A stretch of 64,000 nt of DNA from Octopus vulgaris. Its lineage: Eukaryota. Shown here piece after piece: positions 1-15,512 of this stretch. Position numbers and translations under genes: made by a program. The stretch covers positions 54,250,001 through 54,314,000 of the forward strand of contig OX597814.1 in assembly GCA_951406725.2 (NCBI GenBank), in the 5' to 3' direction. The notes under the pieces were generated by a model, which saw nothing but the letters and a program-made list of their open reading frames with translations, searched no databases and was not told where the DNA came from. The first letter of the stretch is position 1. Each line of letters starts with the position of its first letter.

Positions 1-299
1 TTGTCACCCACAGAGCCCACCAAAATCTCAAATCACTCACCGTTTTCTAGAAATTTGCCCAATCACCCACCTGTAAGTTGAAATCGCCCACAAGTGGGAA
101 GCTATGATGTTGACGAAAGAACTTTGACAGACGTGTAAACTAAAACTAAAGTGAAGATTGAATAAATAGTGCATGTGTTTATTTGGCAAAAACAATAAAA
201 AAATAAATAAAAATGACCATCTCCAAGTATAACAATATCTGTTTCAACACACGTTTTCACATCAAGAATCTTGCAAAATAAACACACACACACACATAT

Positions 300-319
300 G
301 TATATAAATGTCTTTATAT

Positions 320-358
<39 letters not shown>

Positions 359-461
359 TTATTCTAAGTTATATATATATATATATTATAAGTTATATAT
401 ATATATATATATATATATATAAGTTATTCTAAGTTATATATATATATATATATATATAGTT

Positions 462-503
<42 letters not shown>

Positions 504-541
504 TATTCTAAGTTATATATATATATATATATAAGTTATTC

Positions 542-572
<31 letters not shown>
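300..572. repeat. Compound microsatellite: (TA)n runs punctuated by AAGTTATTCT
   Basis: Several recurrences of aagttattct/aagtta separated by (TA)n runs, seen directly. Confidence 0.9.
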
Positions 573-1165
573 TATGAGGGAGTGAGAAGTAAAAGAGAAA
601 AGACACGAAAGGATGGGATGGGACATTGCAATAGTAGAACTTGGAAACTGCACATCTGTGTGGATTGTATATAAAGAATCACAAAATATGCTAAGTAGCA
701 AATATGTCTGCTGTGCACTTCATAAGTGTGTGTGTGTGAGAGAGAGAGAGGGGGGAAGAGAGAGAGAGAGTTGGTTAGACAGGCATATAAATAGATGGAT
801 CAGTGTATAGTAGAACTCTGATAAAGGAGGGGAGTGAATGAAAGAGAGATGAAGATAGGTAGAAAGAAGAAGAGACATAATTGAGAGTAAGCTAGCAAGC
901 AATAGATACATAAATAGAATGAAGTACAGAAGTGGTAAACAAAGTAAAAAATAATTACACAAATACACAGACAGGGAAGAGAGAAAAGGCAAACTGAAAA
1001 GGAAGTTGTATGCAAAGGATTTTCATTGAGTAGTAGTAGTAGTAGTAGTAATTGTTGTTACAATTTCAACAATAAAGGAAACGTTAACATTGTTGCTGAA
1101 TAGAACTATTTCTGAACGTAATTATATTATTATTGTTGTTATTTTTTTTCTTCCCCAATTCACAG

Positions 1166-1187
1166 CTTTACAGACGTAATTTAGCAG
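1166..1187 (+). CDS. Candidate micro-exon (LYRRNLA) of an unidentified plus-strand gene
   Basis: Strong acceptor ttttttttcttccccaattcacag; 22-nt open frame; weaker donor CAG|gtgcat. Confidence 0.25.
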
Positions 1188-1623
1188 GTGCATTTTCTAT
1201 GTGACTTCAGTTACCTAAAAACGTTTTTATTGTTCTCCCTGTCCCTAATAAACAAACTTTTTGAAGCAATCCCAATCTTCTTCACCCATCCTTTCAGTCT
1301 GCTGGTCACTGTACTGGATGACTCTAAAGGGATAGAAATGACTCAAACCTTCTTGCAGTATCATATTCTGTCTAATTTCAATTCACAAGCTTTGGTATCA
1401 ATCTTATCTGTTTCCTTCTCAGTCACTTTTCAATGAAAAAGACATGCCATATCTACCAAGAGGAAGGCTCTCTTCTTATCTAAAATGACTGTCCAGGATT
1501 TAGTATGTTTTGTTGTGTTGTCAGTCTAAACCTTTATGTTTCACAATATCTTCAATTACTAAATTCTCTAGGACTTTTTCTGCTTTGAGCTTGTATCATC
1601 TTTCTGCATAGTTTTATGAAGTA

Positions 1624-2625
1624 CTAGCAGTATCGCCCGGCGTTGCTCGGATTTGTAAGGGAAATAACTATATAAGCATTTTTAGTGAGTTATAGCAAAA
1701 AATGCATTAAAAATGGAATAAAAAATGATGGTAATTTTTTTTTAAATCGTTGACTCATCGTGGACATTTTTAGAGGGTTACTTCCCTTATATAATAGCGA
1801 AAAATGCATTAAAATGGAATAAAAAAATGATGGTAATTTTTTTTAATCGTTGACTCATCGTAGACATTTTTAGAGAGTTACTTCCCTTATATAATAGCGA
1901 AGAATGCATTAAAATGGAATAAAAAATGATGGTAAATTTTTTTTTTAATCGTAGACTCATCGTAGACGCGCGCTAATACCCAGAAGGGCTCGATATGAAT
2001 CACGACTATAAGATACCCGGTTTTGGTTACACTGCACCGCAAAATGTGGGAGTAGTTAGGAATCTAAATCGTAGGAGACAGACACACAACCTTACTTTTA
2101 TATATAAAGATTTGTGCAACAACTAAAACATTCGGTTGTGCAAATTGTTTGCACAGGAAACCTGCCCTGTGTGGCGGTAATTGCCGTTTTTGTGGATCTG
2201 TTTCAGCTTTTTTAGCGATTTCTGTTTTGGCGACTTCAAGCCATGAAATCGTTGTTCTAAAGGAACGCTGGTCTCCTTGACAACGCATTACGACGTTGAT
2301 TTCCTTACACTCCCTTCCCCACAGCTTCACGAGGGAGGGAAGAAGGGGAAGAAGCAAAGAGGTGCAGGTGTGAGCGTGGACGCCAACTCCGCCGCCATCG
2401 ACACACGAAAAAATATGCATTAAAATGGAATAAAAAATGATGTTAAATTATTTTTAAAATCGTAGACTCGTCGTAGACGCGCGCTAATACCCAGACGGGC
2501 TCGATATGAATCACGACTATAAGATACCCGAATTTGGTTAAACTGCACCGCAAAATGTGGGAGTAGTTAAGAATCTAACTCGAAGGGGACAGACACTCAC
2601 ACAACTACAGTTTTATATATATAGA
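1624..2625 (-). mobile_element. Non-autonomous Helitron with two 5' ends
   Basis: Minus strand begins TC (at 2625, and again at 2110) and ends with hairpin CCGAGCAACGCCGGG then CTAG; sits between A and T; internal ~100-bp tandem repeats; homologous to 20592, 22060 and 37454. Confidence 0.8.
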
Positions 2626-2639
2626 TTTATTTTTGCGTG

Positions 2640-4225
2640 AATTTCAAGTATTCACTCATTATGTGTACAATTGTCTCATCTCATGTATTACAATGTCTGC
2701 TCTTTCCACTGATGTTCTCTCAGCCAATCACTTTCCTAATGTGTCTTATCCTAAGAGTTTGACCTTGCGATACTATGATCAACCCTTTGGTTTCTCTTTT
2801 TAGGCCAGCTCTCTTCAGCCAATCCCATCTTTTGCTGTCACAGTTGCTCTTTGTACTCCAGTAGGATTGTCTATGTAAGGGATTTTCTTTATGGTTGTTT
2901 AACTTTACTTGATATAATTTTAATTTCTTTGCTCCTGTGCTGAGTATTGATTCTGCCACAAATGCTTTCAAGAGTTGTGCACAATTTGTCTCTGTATATT
3001 CTTGGAAATTGTTTATTTCTGTAGATACACAATCTTTAACACTTAGAATTCTACTTTCCCCTTTGCTCCACTTGACATTGTGCCTGTCTATATCAGATTA
3101 GAGGTGCAGTGCTCTGTACATTGTCAAGAGTTTCCTCATTCTCTGGTCAGTAGGGGTGCAGTGCCCTGTATATTGTCAAGAGTTCCTTCATTCGCTGCTC
3201 CTATTTCTCATTTGTCCATTTGATGATGCCTGCACTATACCTGATGACTGACACCGGTCTCAATACAATCACAGCTATAAACTCAAAACTGTTGGGCACT
3301 AATTTAGAATCTTTCTATCCCTCCTATAATATTTGTTTAATGTTTGTCTTTCATCATTTTATCCTTGATGCTATTGGTCTCTTAGCATATCAAGATATTT
3401 GTATGCTCCTTCCAGGTCTATCTCTCATTGTTTTTTTGTTTGGAAGTTTGATTCCATTCCAATGATGGCAAGCTGGCAGAAACATTAGCACACTGGACGA
3501 AATGCTTTGCGGTATTTCGTCTGCTGCTACATTCTGAGTTCAAATTCCGCTGAGATCGACTTTGCCTTTCATCCTTTCGGGGTCGATTAAATAAGTACCA
3601 GTTACGCACTGGGGTCGATATAATCAACTTAATCCATTTGTCTGTCCTTGTTTGTCCCCTCTGTGTTTAGCCCCTTGTGGGTAGTAAAGAAATAGGTATT
3701 TTCACTTTTTTTTTTATCAGTGAAACTCCACACTTGCATATCCCAGACTCCATTTTAATGTTTTCAGTGAAAATTCTAACAGAATTCATCATCTAGTTAT
3801 TTCTCTGCCCTGCCCAACAGCTTGAGGTCATCCATAAATAGTAAATGATTTATGGTTTTTATGCCCTTTCCAAAATTATAGTCTGCTTCTTTGTTTAGAA
3901 TAAGCAGAAATGGGTAACAGTAATAATATGAATAACATGTGACATGCTTTCCCCTTTGAAAGACAACATGTTTTAGTTCAACCATCCATAAGGATATTCC
4001 ACAAAAAGTTTACTCAGTTCTCTATGATTTCATACTGATTTCAAATCATATTCTTTATCTTTGGGTGAATTTGAAGAGGTCCAGATATTTGACAATCCAT
4101 GGGAGGAAGACCATGTCATAAGCTTTCTTGTCAGTCAATGCATGTTTACAGCCAGTCAAACTTGTCTCCTTTTGCAGTTTCCGATAATTGTTTTATTTCT
4201 CAGAAGTTAGTGAGAATCATTTGTG
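2640..4225 (-). mobile_element. Decayed R4/Dong-type (RLE clade) non-LTR retrotransposon, interrupted by a SINE
   Basis: INHLLFMDDLKL RT motif (ORF 3797-3985) and WDWLKRAGLKRETKGLII C-terminal motif (ORF 2720-2971), typical of R4/Dong proteins; frameshifted. Confidence 0.75.
3464..3700 (+). mobile_element. SINE family B (tRNA-like head)
   Basis: A-box-like agctggcagaa and B-box gagttcaaattcc; homologous copies at 4230-4885, 29428, 32627, 45979, 48100. Confidence 0.8.
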
Positions 4226-4229
4226 TGTC

Positions 4230-4885
4230 AGAGAAAATACTTAGTGGCATTTCTTCTCGCTCTTTATGTCCTGTGCTCAAATCCTGCTAAAGACAACTTT
4301 GCTTGCCATTCTTTTGGGGTTGATAAATTAAAGTGCCAGTTCAGTACTGGGGTTGATGTAACTGACTTCACTTCTCCTCCAAAATTCTCTGGCCTTACAC
4401 CAGAGCTTGAAATCATTATTCTTTTTTTCTTATTTTCTTTAGTATTATTATTATTCAGGTGGTGAGCTGGCAGAATTGTTAGCACACCGAACAAAATGCT
4501 TAGCAACACTTCATCCATTTTGAGTTTAAATGCCACTGAGGTTGCCTTTGCCTTTCAATCCTTCCAGGTTGATGAAATAGGTGCCAACTGAGCACTGGGA
4601 GAAATGTAATCAACAAGCCCCTCCCACCAAATTTCATACCTTGAGCTTAAAAGTAGAAAGGATTATTATTATTAAGGCAGTGAGCGAGCAGAACTATTAG
4701 AATACCAGATAAAATGCTTGGCATTCCATCTGTCTCATGTTCTGAGCTCAAATTCTACCAAGGTTGACTTTGTTTTCTATCCTTCTAGGGTTGATAAAAT
4801 AAAAACCAGTCAAGGACTGCAGTTGATGTAATCAACTTCCTCCTCCTCTAAAAAAACTACTGGCTCTGCCAAAATTTGAAAGCAT
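4230..4885 (+). mobile_element. Three tandem diverged SINE family B copies
   Basis: Repeated head/B-box/gactttgcctttc pattern with (ATT)n tails. Confidence 0.7.
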
Positions 4886-5099
4886 CTTGTCCTTACATGT
4901 TTTTTGATTAATGTTAGTCCTTGCGGCCAATAAAACCAGAATTTATTATTATTATTATTATTAATATTATCATTATGGAAGGCAATGACTATGTTTGAGC
5001 TTGAACTCTTTTATTAAGGATTTTTCATTTTTCTTTATTAATCCTTTATGTTCATTTCGAAACATAAGCATTCTTATAGTCATTAATTCATGAATGTCT

Positions 5100-6540
5100 T
5101 AAAATTATCTCAGCTGATGCTCAAAATGAAATGATAATAAAATGAATGGTGTGTTTTTGCACTCTTTGCATTGGATCAAAAGGATCATGCGTGAGAGCTG
5201 GTAATTTTTCATTTAGTCAATGCAGGATTTTAAAATTATGCAATGGTTAAGTCTAGTTGTTATAATTAATTCGTTTTCTATCTGTGTTGATTTTTGGTTT
5301 ATATTTTTCTACTGGCAATGACACTCTTCTCATTTCTTATGGAATTCTATATAGAATTGTTGTGCTCTTGGATTTGTTTTTCTTTTGATTTTTGTTACAT
5401 ATGTTGTATTCTAATGCATCGCAACAACTCCTTTTTGTAAATGCTCAGTCAAATGATAGACAAGTGTTGTACTTGTATGACCAATATAGCAGTTTTATTA
5501 ATGAAGTTTATAACCTTCATGTTTACATTAGAATTTAAGTATTACACTGGTAGTTTGAAGTATGTTCTGTATTTAATTAGTTTGTGGTTTAGTGTTAATG
5601 AGGTTTTTCAGTCTCGTATTTCTGTAATATTTTTGAGACTAAGTTTGTGTTAGAAAATAGTGCGATACATGCGTTTTAATTGTGCTCATTCATTCCATAC
5701 CCAGGGTGCATTTGGTTATTGTAGTACATGAAATGCATCATATGGGTATTTTTATTGGCCAGTAGGTTTTGTTTTTGTATTGTTCTATGGTGTGGTCTAC
5801 TAATTAACTGGGATACCCACTGTTATTCTTTTATTCTTTTATGTTTCAACCTTGAGGCTGCAGCCTTGCTGGGGCAGTTCTATATGCAGTAATTCTTATT
5901 TAGAGCTACTTAGGTTGATGAACATTTAAAAGCTCAAACAAGGGGATTTGTTTATGGATATTTTATATCTATATGGACACTTCTTATTTGCATATATGTA
6001 AAGGCATTTGTTCAGTTTTAGTAAATATAGAGGTGCTGTGTTTTCTTTTTCTTATTCCTGTATTTATATACAAGAATGGGGTGGTTGAATTACATTTACT
6101 TTTAGCATGCTGGAGGAGAATAATGTTGCCAAACAAATTTTCTCCCCTTTCAATGCAACACAGTGAGCCTGCAGCTATAGGGAGAAAACCCCATGGCAAC
6201 ATAATGCACCTAAGCATGTAAAAGGTTAAAACTATGGTGGATTGTGAAAGTATAGACTTCTTTTCCAGATAATCTTTAAGACTAATGGTCCTGTCAACAT
6301 ACTCATTAAGGATAGTATGACTGTACTTGGAAACAACAGTGTTTTCTACTTTGTTTGACATTTAGAAATCTGCAAATGTGGCCCAAGTGGGAAATCCACA
6401 TCCACTCCGTCCTTCTAGATATGTTCCTTGCTAGAGTATGTTTTTTGTGTCAGATGTGTATATAGGTTGTCTATTAGTATGTTGATTGCTTCATCATCAG
6501 AACATTTGTAATGAACTTTCAATGACCATGGAAGAAATGC
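5100..6540 (-). mobile_element. Highly decayed retroelement, possibly Penelope-like
   Basis: Fragmentary translations resembling the YxKPT thumb motif (~5765-5800) and CxxC (IQCKECK, ~5160-5178); many stops. Confidence 0.3.
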
Positions 6541-6869
6541 CCAAGATATCTGCTTAATGTAAAGTTTCAAGGAATTCATCAGTCAATTTTATGATGTAAA
6601 GCACTGGTATACGTGTGTGTTTGTGTGTGTGTGTGTGTGTGTGTTCATGTACATTGGCATTAGGAAAGGTCTCCAGCCATAGAAACCATGCCAAAGTGCA
6701 CAGTTGAGCTAGATACAGATTTGCCAACCTGTGCCAAACCTTCCTACCTATGTCAGCATGGAAGGATGATGTTAAATGTTGATGATGATATACATATATG
6801 TGTGTGTGTGTGTGTGTGTGAGTAAGAGAGACGATTGCACTGGTAATGCATATTGATGATGGCAATTAA

Positions 6870-7085
6870 GCAAAGAAATATCAGGAGATATCAGTGAAAG
6901 GAAATTGTAGAACAGGTAGTCCAAGGGAGACATAGGCAGAAGTAGTGAAAATTAATCTCAGGATACTGAACCTCACAAAGGAAATGACAAAAGACTGCAA
7001 CAAGTTGCAAGACACTGAGTTGGAGAAAACCCAACCAATCCTTGCAAGCATAGAAAAATGCAAGTACTAAAATGATAAAGGCAAT
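6870..7085 (+). mobile_element. RTE-clade LINE 3' end
   Basis: Decayed GRPxxTW...L..L.L...M C-terminal motif followed by the 3' tail. Confidence 0.55.
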
Positions 7086-7299
7086 TATGATGGCATCAAT
7101 GAGAATGATATGTTTGTATACATTATGGCATCAAAATGGTAGTGTTGTTAGAACCTAGGATATAATGCCTTAACTCATTTGTCCTGTCTCTTTACCCAAA
7201 TTCCACCTAGGTCAATTTTACCTTTCATCCTTTCAGAGTCAATAAAAATGTACCAGCAGATTGGTTGTATGCTAGAGTGTCAGGTGATATGCTGCGTGG

Positions 7300-8290
7300 T
7301 TATCTGTTTTTGTTTTGTATAATCGAAATTCAAATTCTGTTTCTTGCTACCAGGAAAAGATAAAGAGTCTTTTAGGACCCATCAAAAACTTTGCTGCACT
7401 TGGAAAGTCATTTAAACAAGTGACCAACATTTCTGCTACTCACTATCATAGCCAATACACCAGATGACAGGAGAAAATACAAAAGAACATTCAAGTCCTG
7501 TGCAATTTCTCTCACTGTTTTTTTTTACTTTCTATAAATGATGGGACTCTCCTGTCAATTTTGATCAATGATCCAACCACTCAGGCAAGCATCTAGAGTT
7601 TGTGTCTTCAGTGAGAGATCAAAACAACTTAACAAAACCACAGCTCTAACAAATTGCAGAGCAAATGAGGCAAAGAGTAACATGTTGGATTCATATTTTC
7701 CTTTACCCTTGTTCATTGTTAATTTATGTAACACTGAAGACTCAAGATCTTTTTTAAAATTGTGGCATAATTTTTTCTATAATTTGTAATCCTGCCACCA
7801 TTCTTTCAAAGTATGTTATGGATACATTTGAAGTAGATAAATTTGATCTCAGATTATCTATGTATCTTAGGAATGGTCTCCTAAGCATTTCATAAAATTC
7901 AAATTTTATGACTGATCTGACTAAGTTGATACTGGATAATAAAAGCTTCAATACCTGTTATGCCACATTTGAAAAGATCAACATGACCAATTCTCTCCTT
8001 CCACTAATATCCAAAGATATTATGCAAATAATGTTTGTAGAAAATGTAACTGTACTATATGTGACCGATAAGGGATCTACCTGTAAGAAGTTCAAGCTTC
8101 AATTCTACAGAGCAAAGTGAAAGGGCTACAGTTTGATACACATAGCTTTTGTTTCCAGAGTAAAACCTCTCTCATTCAAGATGGAATGCTGCAATTCATT
8201 AAAGTAATTAGTTAGTCTGGATAACCTATTAATGATCTCATCATCCCAAGAAGCACTTACATTACTGCTACTCTCCAAATAAGGAAAAAA
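7300..8290 (-). mobile_element. Decayed Penelope-like RT fragment (Naiad-like motifs)
   Basis: FLRYIDNL (RYIDD motif) in ORF 7754-7951; downstream SN(I/M) motif; upstream decayed MGxNxxP. Confidence 0.45.
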
Positions 8291-8299
8291 TATTACATA

Positions 8300-9060
8300 T
8301 TTTAGATCATAATATCAATTTGTATGTGATTTGTTAAAAGAGTAAAAGCAGGATAGGTGAGTTTTTCTTCCTTCTTTTGTTTAGGAGTAGTCTTGGGTTG
8401 GTGAATAACTTCCATTTTCTTTAAGCTTATGGTGAAAACAAAAGCTTTAGCAAGAGGCATTCCACAATAAACTGAGGTTGCAACAAGTGCAGTATCCTCA
8501 ACAAAAAGCATGGCAAGAACATACTTTTTGTCTTGTTCAGTGCATTTGCTTTGAATCATCAGAAGTTAGACAATCCTCTACTAAGATGAGAAATGTCTTT
8601 GACTCTCCTGACCAAATCTTTGAAGGCATAAGCAAGCATAACTGAGAAATGAAGAGCAAACAATACAGGAGCTAACAAACAGCCTTGCTAGGTGCTATTA
8701 CTGACGTCAAAGGACTCAGAGGATTCACTAGCTGGAATGACTGTTGTCCTCATGCTCTTATGAAAGAAAATAATTATATTTAGCATGTAATTAAGTACTC
8801 TGATTTTCTTTTCAGAGAGTCTCCAAATTTACCATATAAAAGCCTTGGTAAAATCCACAAATACAATGTAAAATCCCAAATTTCTCTGCTGTACATTTCC
8901 TGCAACCTGCCTTAAGCAGCATATCATGTCAATTCTTCATCTGTACAACCTAAAGACCCTCAGAATTCAGAGTAAATCCAGGTTTACAGGATGCGTAATC
9001 AGTTTCTTCTAGATAAGACAGCCCAAGTTCTTATTGGCAATAGAAAGAAGGGAAATGCTA
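8300..9060 (-). mobile_element. Decayed RTE (BovB-like) RT fragment
   Basis: MLFVEDTALVA (LFADD) and FTISLKKMEVIHQP (GLxISLKKT) motifs in ORF 8302-8559. Confidence 0.7.
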
Positions 9061-9847
9061 TAATGGTTGATGCAAATTACTTTGTTGCCTTTGTTTTGGT
9101 ATATGTTTGTTAGAAGCATCTTATATATTTATGTGTGTATAAGGTTTGTGTATGTATTTACATGTACACATAATCACACACACCATCACACCATATGTAT
9201 ATCTGTGATTGTGTGGTATGCAAATATTTATGATATGTTTCAAGTCTCTCTAAATGGGGAAATATGTATATTAGAGATATAAAATGTATTAAGCTGTGTT
9301 TGTGTATATGCTAGTGTTTATGTATCTGTACACGTGTGCACATATGTGTTATTGTATGAGTGTGCTTGTTTATGTGCCAGTGCTTTGGGGAAGGAAGATG
9401 AGAGCTGACAATTACAGCACTAATGGTGGGTGGTTGCTAATTCTAGAATTCAGCCTTGCTCTATTATCTCCTCTAGTAGAGGGGCTTGGTTAGGTGAGTG
9501 AGGAAAAGAAGAGAAGGGATGAGGATGAGGAGGAGGAACAAAATCACATGGATACTACATATGCTTTTTATTGTAAGTTACACCACCAACGGTTTAAGCT
9601 TCAGTTTTGTGCATGCGTGTACATGGTGGGAAGGTAGGGTTGCAGTTTATAACATAAATGCACACACACACGTTCACATAGAATGCATCTAACTCTAAGT
9701 GTGAATGACACCATCCAGCTCAGTTTCAAATCTTGATGAAGTAATGAACTTCTGGTTTCCTACTTGTACTTTTATGAAAACCATAAACAATATAATTAAA
9801 ACAGAGGTATTGTAGCACTTGTGGGTGTGGGATGTGGTGTGCATTGT

Positions 9848-10583
9848 TATATATATATACATGCATACATGTGTGTATATATATATATATATATACATAC
9901 ATGTGTGTATATATATATATATACATACATATGTGTATATATATATATATACATACATATGTGTGTATATATATATATACATACATATGTGTGTATATAT
10001 ATATATATACATACATATGTGTGTATATATATACACATACATACATATACATATATATACATATGTGTGTATATATATATATATATACATATGTGTGTAT
10101 ATATATACACATACATACATATACATATATATATATATATACACATACATACATATACATATATATATATATACATACATATACATATACATATATATAC
10201 ATACATACATATACATATATATACATACATACATATACATATATATACATACATACATATACATATATATATATACATACATACATATACATATATATAT
10301 ATACATACATACATATACATATATATATATATACATACATACATATACATATATATACATACATACATATACATATATATACATACATACATATACATAT
10401 ATATATATACATACATACATATACATATATATATATATACATACATATATATATATATATATACATACATAATATATATATATATACATACATATATATA
10501 TATATATACATACATATATATATATATACATACATATATATATATATACATACATATATATATATACATACATATATATATAC

Positions 10584-10616
<33 letters not shown>

Positions 10617-10753
10617 CATACATATATATATATATACATACATATATATATATATATATACATATATATATACATACATATATATATACATACATACATA
10701 TATATATACATACATACATATATATATACATACATATATATATATATACATAC

Positions 10754-10788
<35 letters not shown>

Positions 10789-10889
10789 TACATACATATA
10801 CACATACATATATATATATATATACATACATATACACATACATACATATACATACATATATATATATATATACATACATATACATACAT

Positions 10890-10956
<67 letters not shown>

Positions 10957-10999
10957 CATACATATACATATATATATATATATACATACATACATATAC

Positions 11000-11040
<41 letters not shown>

Positions 11041-11069
11041 CATATATATACACATACATACATATACAT

Positions 11070-11108
<39 letters not shown>

Positions 11109-11331
11109 CATATACACATATATATACACATATACATATATATATACATATACATATATATATATATATATATACATACATATACACATACATACATATA
11201 CATATATATGTATATATATACATACATATACACATACATACATACATACATATATATATATATACACATACATATACACATACATACATATACATATATA
11301 TATATATATACATACATATACACATACATAC

Positions 11332-11363
<32 letters not shown>

Positions 11364-11562
11364 ATACATATACACATACATACATACATATACATATATA
11401 TATATATATATATATACATACATATACACATACATACATATACATATATATATATATATACATATATATACATACATATACACATACATACATATACATA
11501 TATATATATATATATACATATATATACATACATATACACATACATACATATACATATATATA

Positions 11563-11596
<34 letters not shown>

Positions 11597-11742
11597 CACA
11601 TACATACATATACATATATATATATATATACATACATATATATATATATATACATACATATACATATATATATATACATACATATACATATATATATATA
11701 TATATATACATACATATATATATACTGTATATATATACATAC

Positions 11743-11793
<51 letters not shown>

Positions 11794-11814
11794 CATACAT
11801 ATACACATACATAC

Positions 11815-11847
<33 letters not shown>

Positions 11848-12390
11848 CATACATATACACATACATACATATACATATACACACATACACACACACACAT
11901 ACATATACACATACATACATATACATATATATATATATATATACATACATATACACATACATACATATACATACATATATATATATATATATATACATAC
12001 ATATACACATACATACATATACATACATATATATATATATATATATACATACATATACACATACATACATATACATACATATACATATATATATATATAT
12101 ATATACACATACATACATATACATATATATATATATATATATACATATATATACATACATATACACATACATACATATACATATATATATATATATACAT
12201 ATATATACATACATATACACATACATACATATACATATATATATATACATATATATATACACATATATATACATACATATACACATACATACATATACAC
12301 ATACATATACATATATATATACATACATATATATATATATATACATACATACATATATATATATACATACATATATATATATATATATAC

Positions 12391-12451
<61 letters not shown>

Positions 12452-12488
12452 CATATATATACATATATATACATACATATATATATAT

Positions 12489-12529
<41 letters not shown>

Positions 12530-12761
12530 CATATATATATATATATATACATACATATATATATACATACGTATATATATATATATACATATATATACAT
12601 ACATATATATATATATACATACATATATATATACATACATATATATATATACATACATATATATATATACATACATATATATATATATATACATACATAT
12701 ATATATATATATACATACATACATATATATATACATACATACATATATATATATACATACA

Positions 12762-12841
<80 letters not shown>

Positions 12842-12860
12842 CATATATATATATACATAC

Positions 12861-12923
<63 letters not shown>

Positions 12924-13024
12924 ATATATATATATACATACATATATATATACATACATATATATATATATATATACATACATATATATATATATACATA
13001 CATATATATATATATATACATACA

Positions 13025-13090
<66 letters not shown>

Positions 13091-13263
13091 CATACATATA
13101 TATATATACATACATATATATATACATACATATATATATATACATACATACATATATATATATACATACATACATATATATATATACATACATACATATA
13201 TATACATACATACATATATATATATACATACATATATATATATACATACATATATATATATAT

Positions 13264-13316
<53 letters not shown>

Positions 13317-13472
13317 CATACATATATATATATATATATACATACATATATATATATATATATACATACATATATATATATATATACATACATATATATA
13401 TATATATATACATACATATATATATATATATATATACATATATATATACATACATACATATATATATATATA
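9848..13472. repeat. ~3.6-kb compound (TA)/(CA)/(TACA) microsatellite array
   Basis: Seen directly; near-perfect purine/pyrimidine alternation. Confidence 0.97.
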
Positions 13473-13695
13473 TTACCCCTCTGCAAAAAGATCTCAGAAT
13501 TTTAATTGATTTGCTTTTCGCAGGAAGGAAAGTTTCTTGTCGAAGATACATCTCGCTTTTATCCTTCGAAACGTAGAGTAGATGAAACCTTAGCGACTGA
13601 AGAAGGGGTTTTTTCGTTGTGTCAATTGTCCTGTACTCCATTTTTTGTTGTTTTTAAAAAAAATGTCCTGTTCCTTTGGTTTGTGTCTATGTGTC

Positions 13696-13743
13696 TACAT
13701 ACATATATATATACATACATACATATATATATACATACATACA

Positions 13744-13775
<32 letters not shown>

Positions 13776-13951
13776 CATATATATATACATACATACATAT
13801 ATACATACATATATATATACATACATACATATATACATACATACATATATACATACATACATACATATATACATACATATACATACATACATACATATAC
13901 ATACATATATATACATACATACATACATACATATATATACATACATACATA

Positions 13952-14006
<55 letters not shown>

Positions 14007-14235
14007 ACATACATACATATATATATATACATACATATATATATACATACATATATATATATATACATACATATATACATACATACATATATACATACAT
14101 ACATACATACATATACATACATATACATACATACATATATACATACATACATACATATATACATACATACATATATACATACATACATATACATACATAC
14201 ATATATATACATACATACATATATACATACATACA

Positions 14236-14271
<36 letters not shown>

Positions 14272-14280
14272 TATATATAT
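13696..14280. repeat. (TACA)/(TA) microsatellite array
   Basis: Seen directly. Confidence 0.95.
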
Positions 14281-14414
14281 CATCATCATCATCATCGTTT
14301 AACGTCCGTTCTCCATGCTAGCATGGGTTGGGCGGTTCGACCGGGGATCTGGAAAGCCAGAAGGCTGCACCAGGCTCCAGTCTTATCTGGCAGTGTTTCT
14401 ACAGCTGGATGCCA
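14279..14414 (-). mobile_element. SINE family C 3' portion with (GAT)n tail
   Basis: Reverse complement of ggcatccagctgtagaaacactgccagat...gttaaacgatgatgatg; also at 17188, 25308, 43925, 51690, 59362. Confidence 0.75.
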
Positions 14415-14442
14415 CATACATATATATATATATATACATATA

Positions 14443-14849
14443 TACTCTTTACTCTTTTACTTGTTTCAGTCATTTGACTGCGGCCATGCTGGAGCACCGC
14501 CTTTAGTCGATCAAATCGACCCCGGAACTTATTCTTTGTAAGCCCAGTACTTATTCTATCGGTCTCTTTTGCCGAACCGCTAAGTGGCGGGGACGTAGAC
14601 ACACCAGCATCGGTTGTCAAGCAATGCTAGGGGGACAAAGACAGACACACAAACACACATATATATATATATATATATATACATATATACGACAGGCTTC
14701 TTTCAGTTTCCGTCTACCAAATCCACTCACAAGGCATTGGTCGGCACGGGGCTATAGCAGAAGACACTTGCCCAAGATGCTACGCAGTGGGACTGAACCC
14801 GCAACCATGTGGTTGGTTAGCAAGCTACTTACCACACAGCCACTCCTGC
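14443..14849 (-). mobile_element. SINE family A, full length (tRNA head, CORE-like segment)
   Basis: A box tggctgtgtgg, B box ggttcagtccc, cttgggcaagtgtctt core-like motif, AAGAGT repeat tail; closely similar to 62741-63168. Confidence 0.9.
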
Positions 14850-14887
14850 ATATATATATACATACATATATATATATATACATATAT

Positions 14888-14920
<33 letters not shown>

Positions 14921-15136
14921 CATATATATACATACATACATACATACATATATATACATATATATACATACATACATACATATATATACATATATATACA
15001 TACATACATACATATATATACATATATATACATACATACATACATACATATATATATATATACATATATATACATACATACATACATACATATATATATA
15101 TATATACATATATATACATACATACATACATACATA

Positions 15137-15168
<32 letters not shown>

Positions 15169-15356
15169 CATACATACATATATATATATATATACATATA
15201 TATACATACATACATACATACATATATATATATACATATATATACATACATACATACATACATATACATATATACGTATGTATACATTCATACATACATA
15301 CATACATATATATACATATATATACATATATACATATATATACATACATACATACA

Positions 15357-15388
<32 letters not shown>

Positions 15389-15481
15389 CATACATATACA
15401 TACATACATACATACATATATATACATACATACATACATATATATATACATACATACATACATATACATATATATACATAC

Positions 15482-15512
<31 letters not shown>

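Noticed and set aside
6555-6590. Minus-strand CUGAUGA...GAAAC
   Set aside because: No helix II or helix I
9700-9735. VNDTIQL resembling ribosomal protein eS4
   Set aside because: Only 6-7 residues, followed by stops, with no flanking similarity
9695-9771. Possible minus-strand terminal exon [21 protein letters not shown]
   Set aside because: Weak acceptor and no independent support
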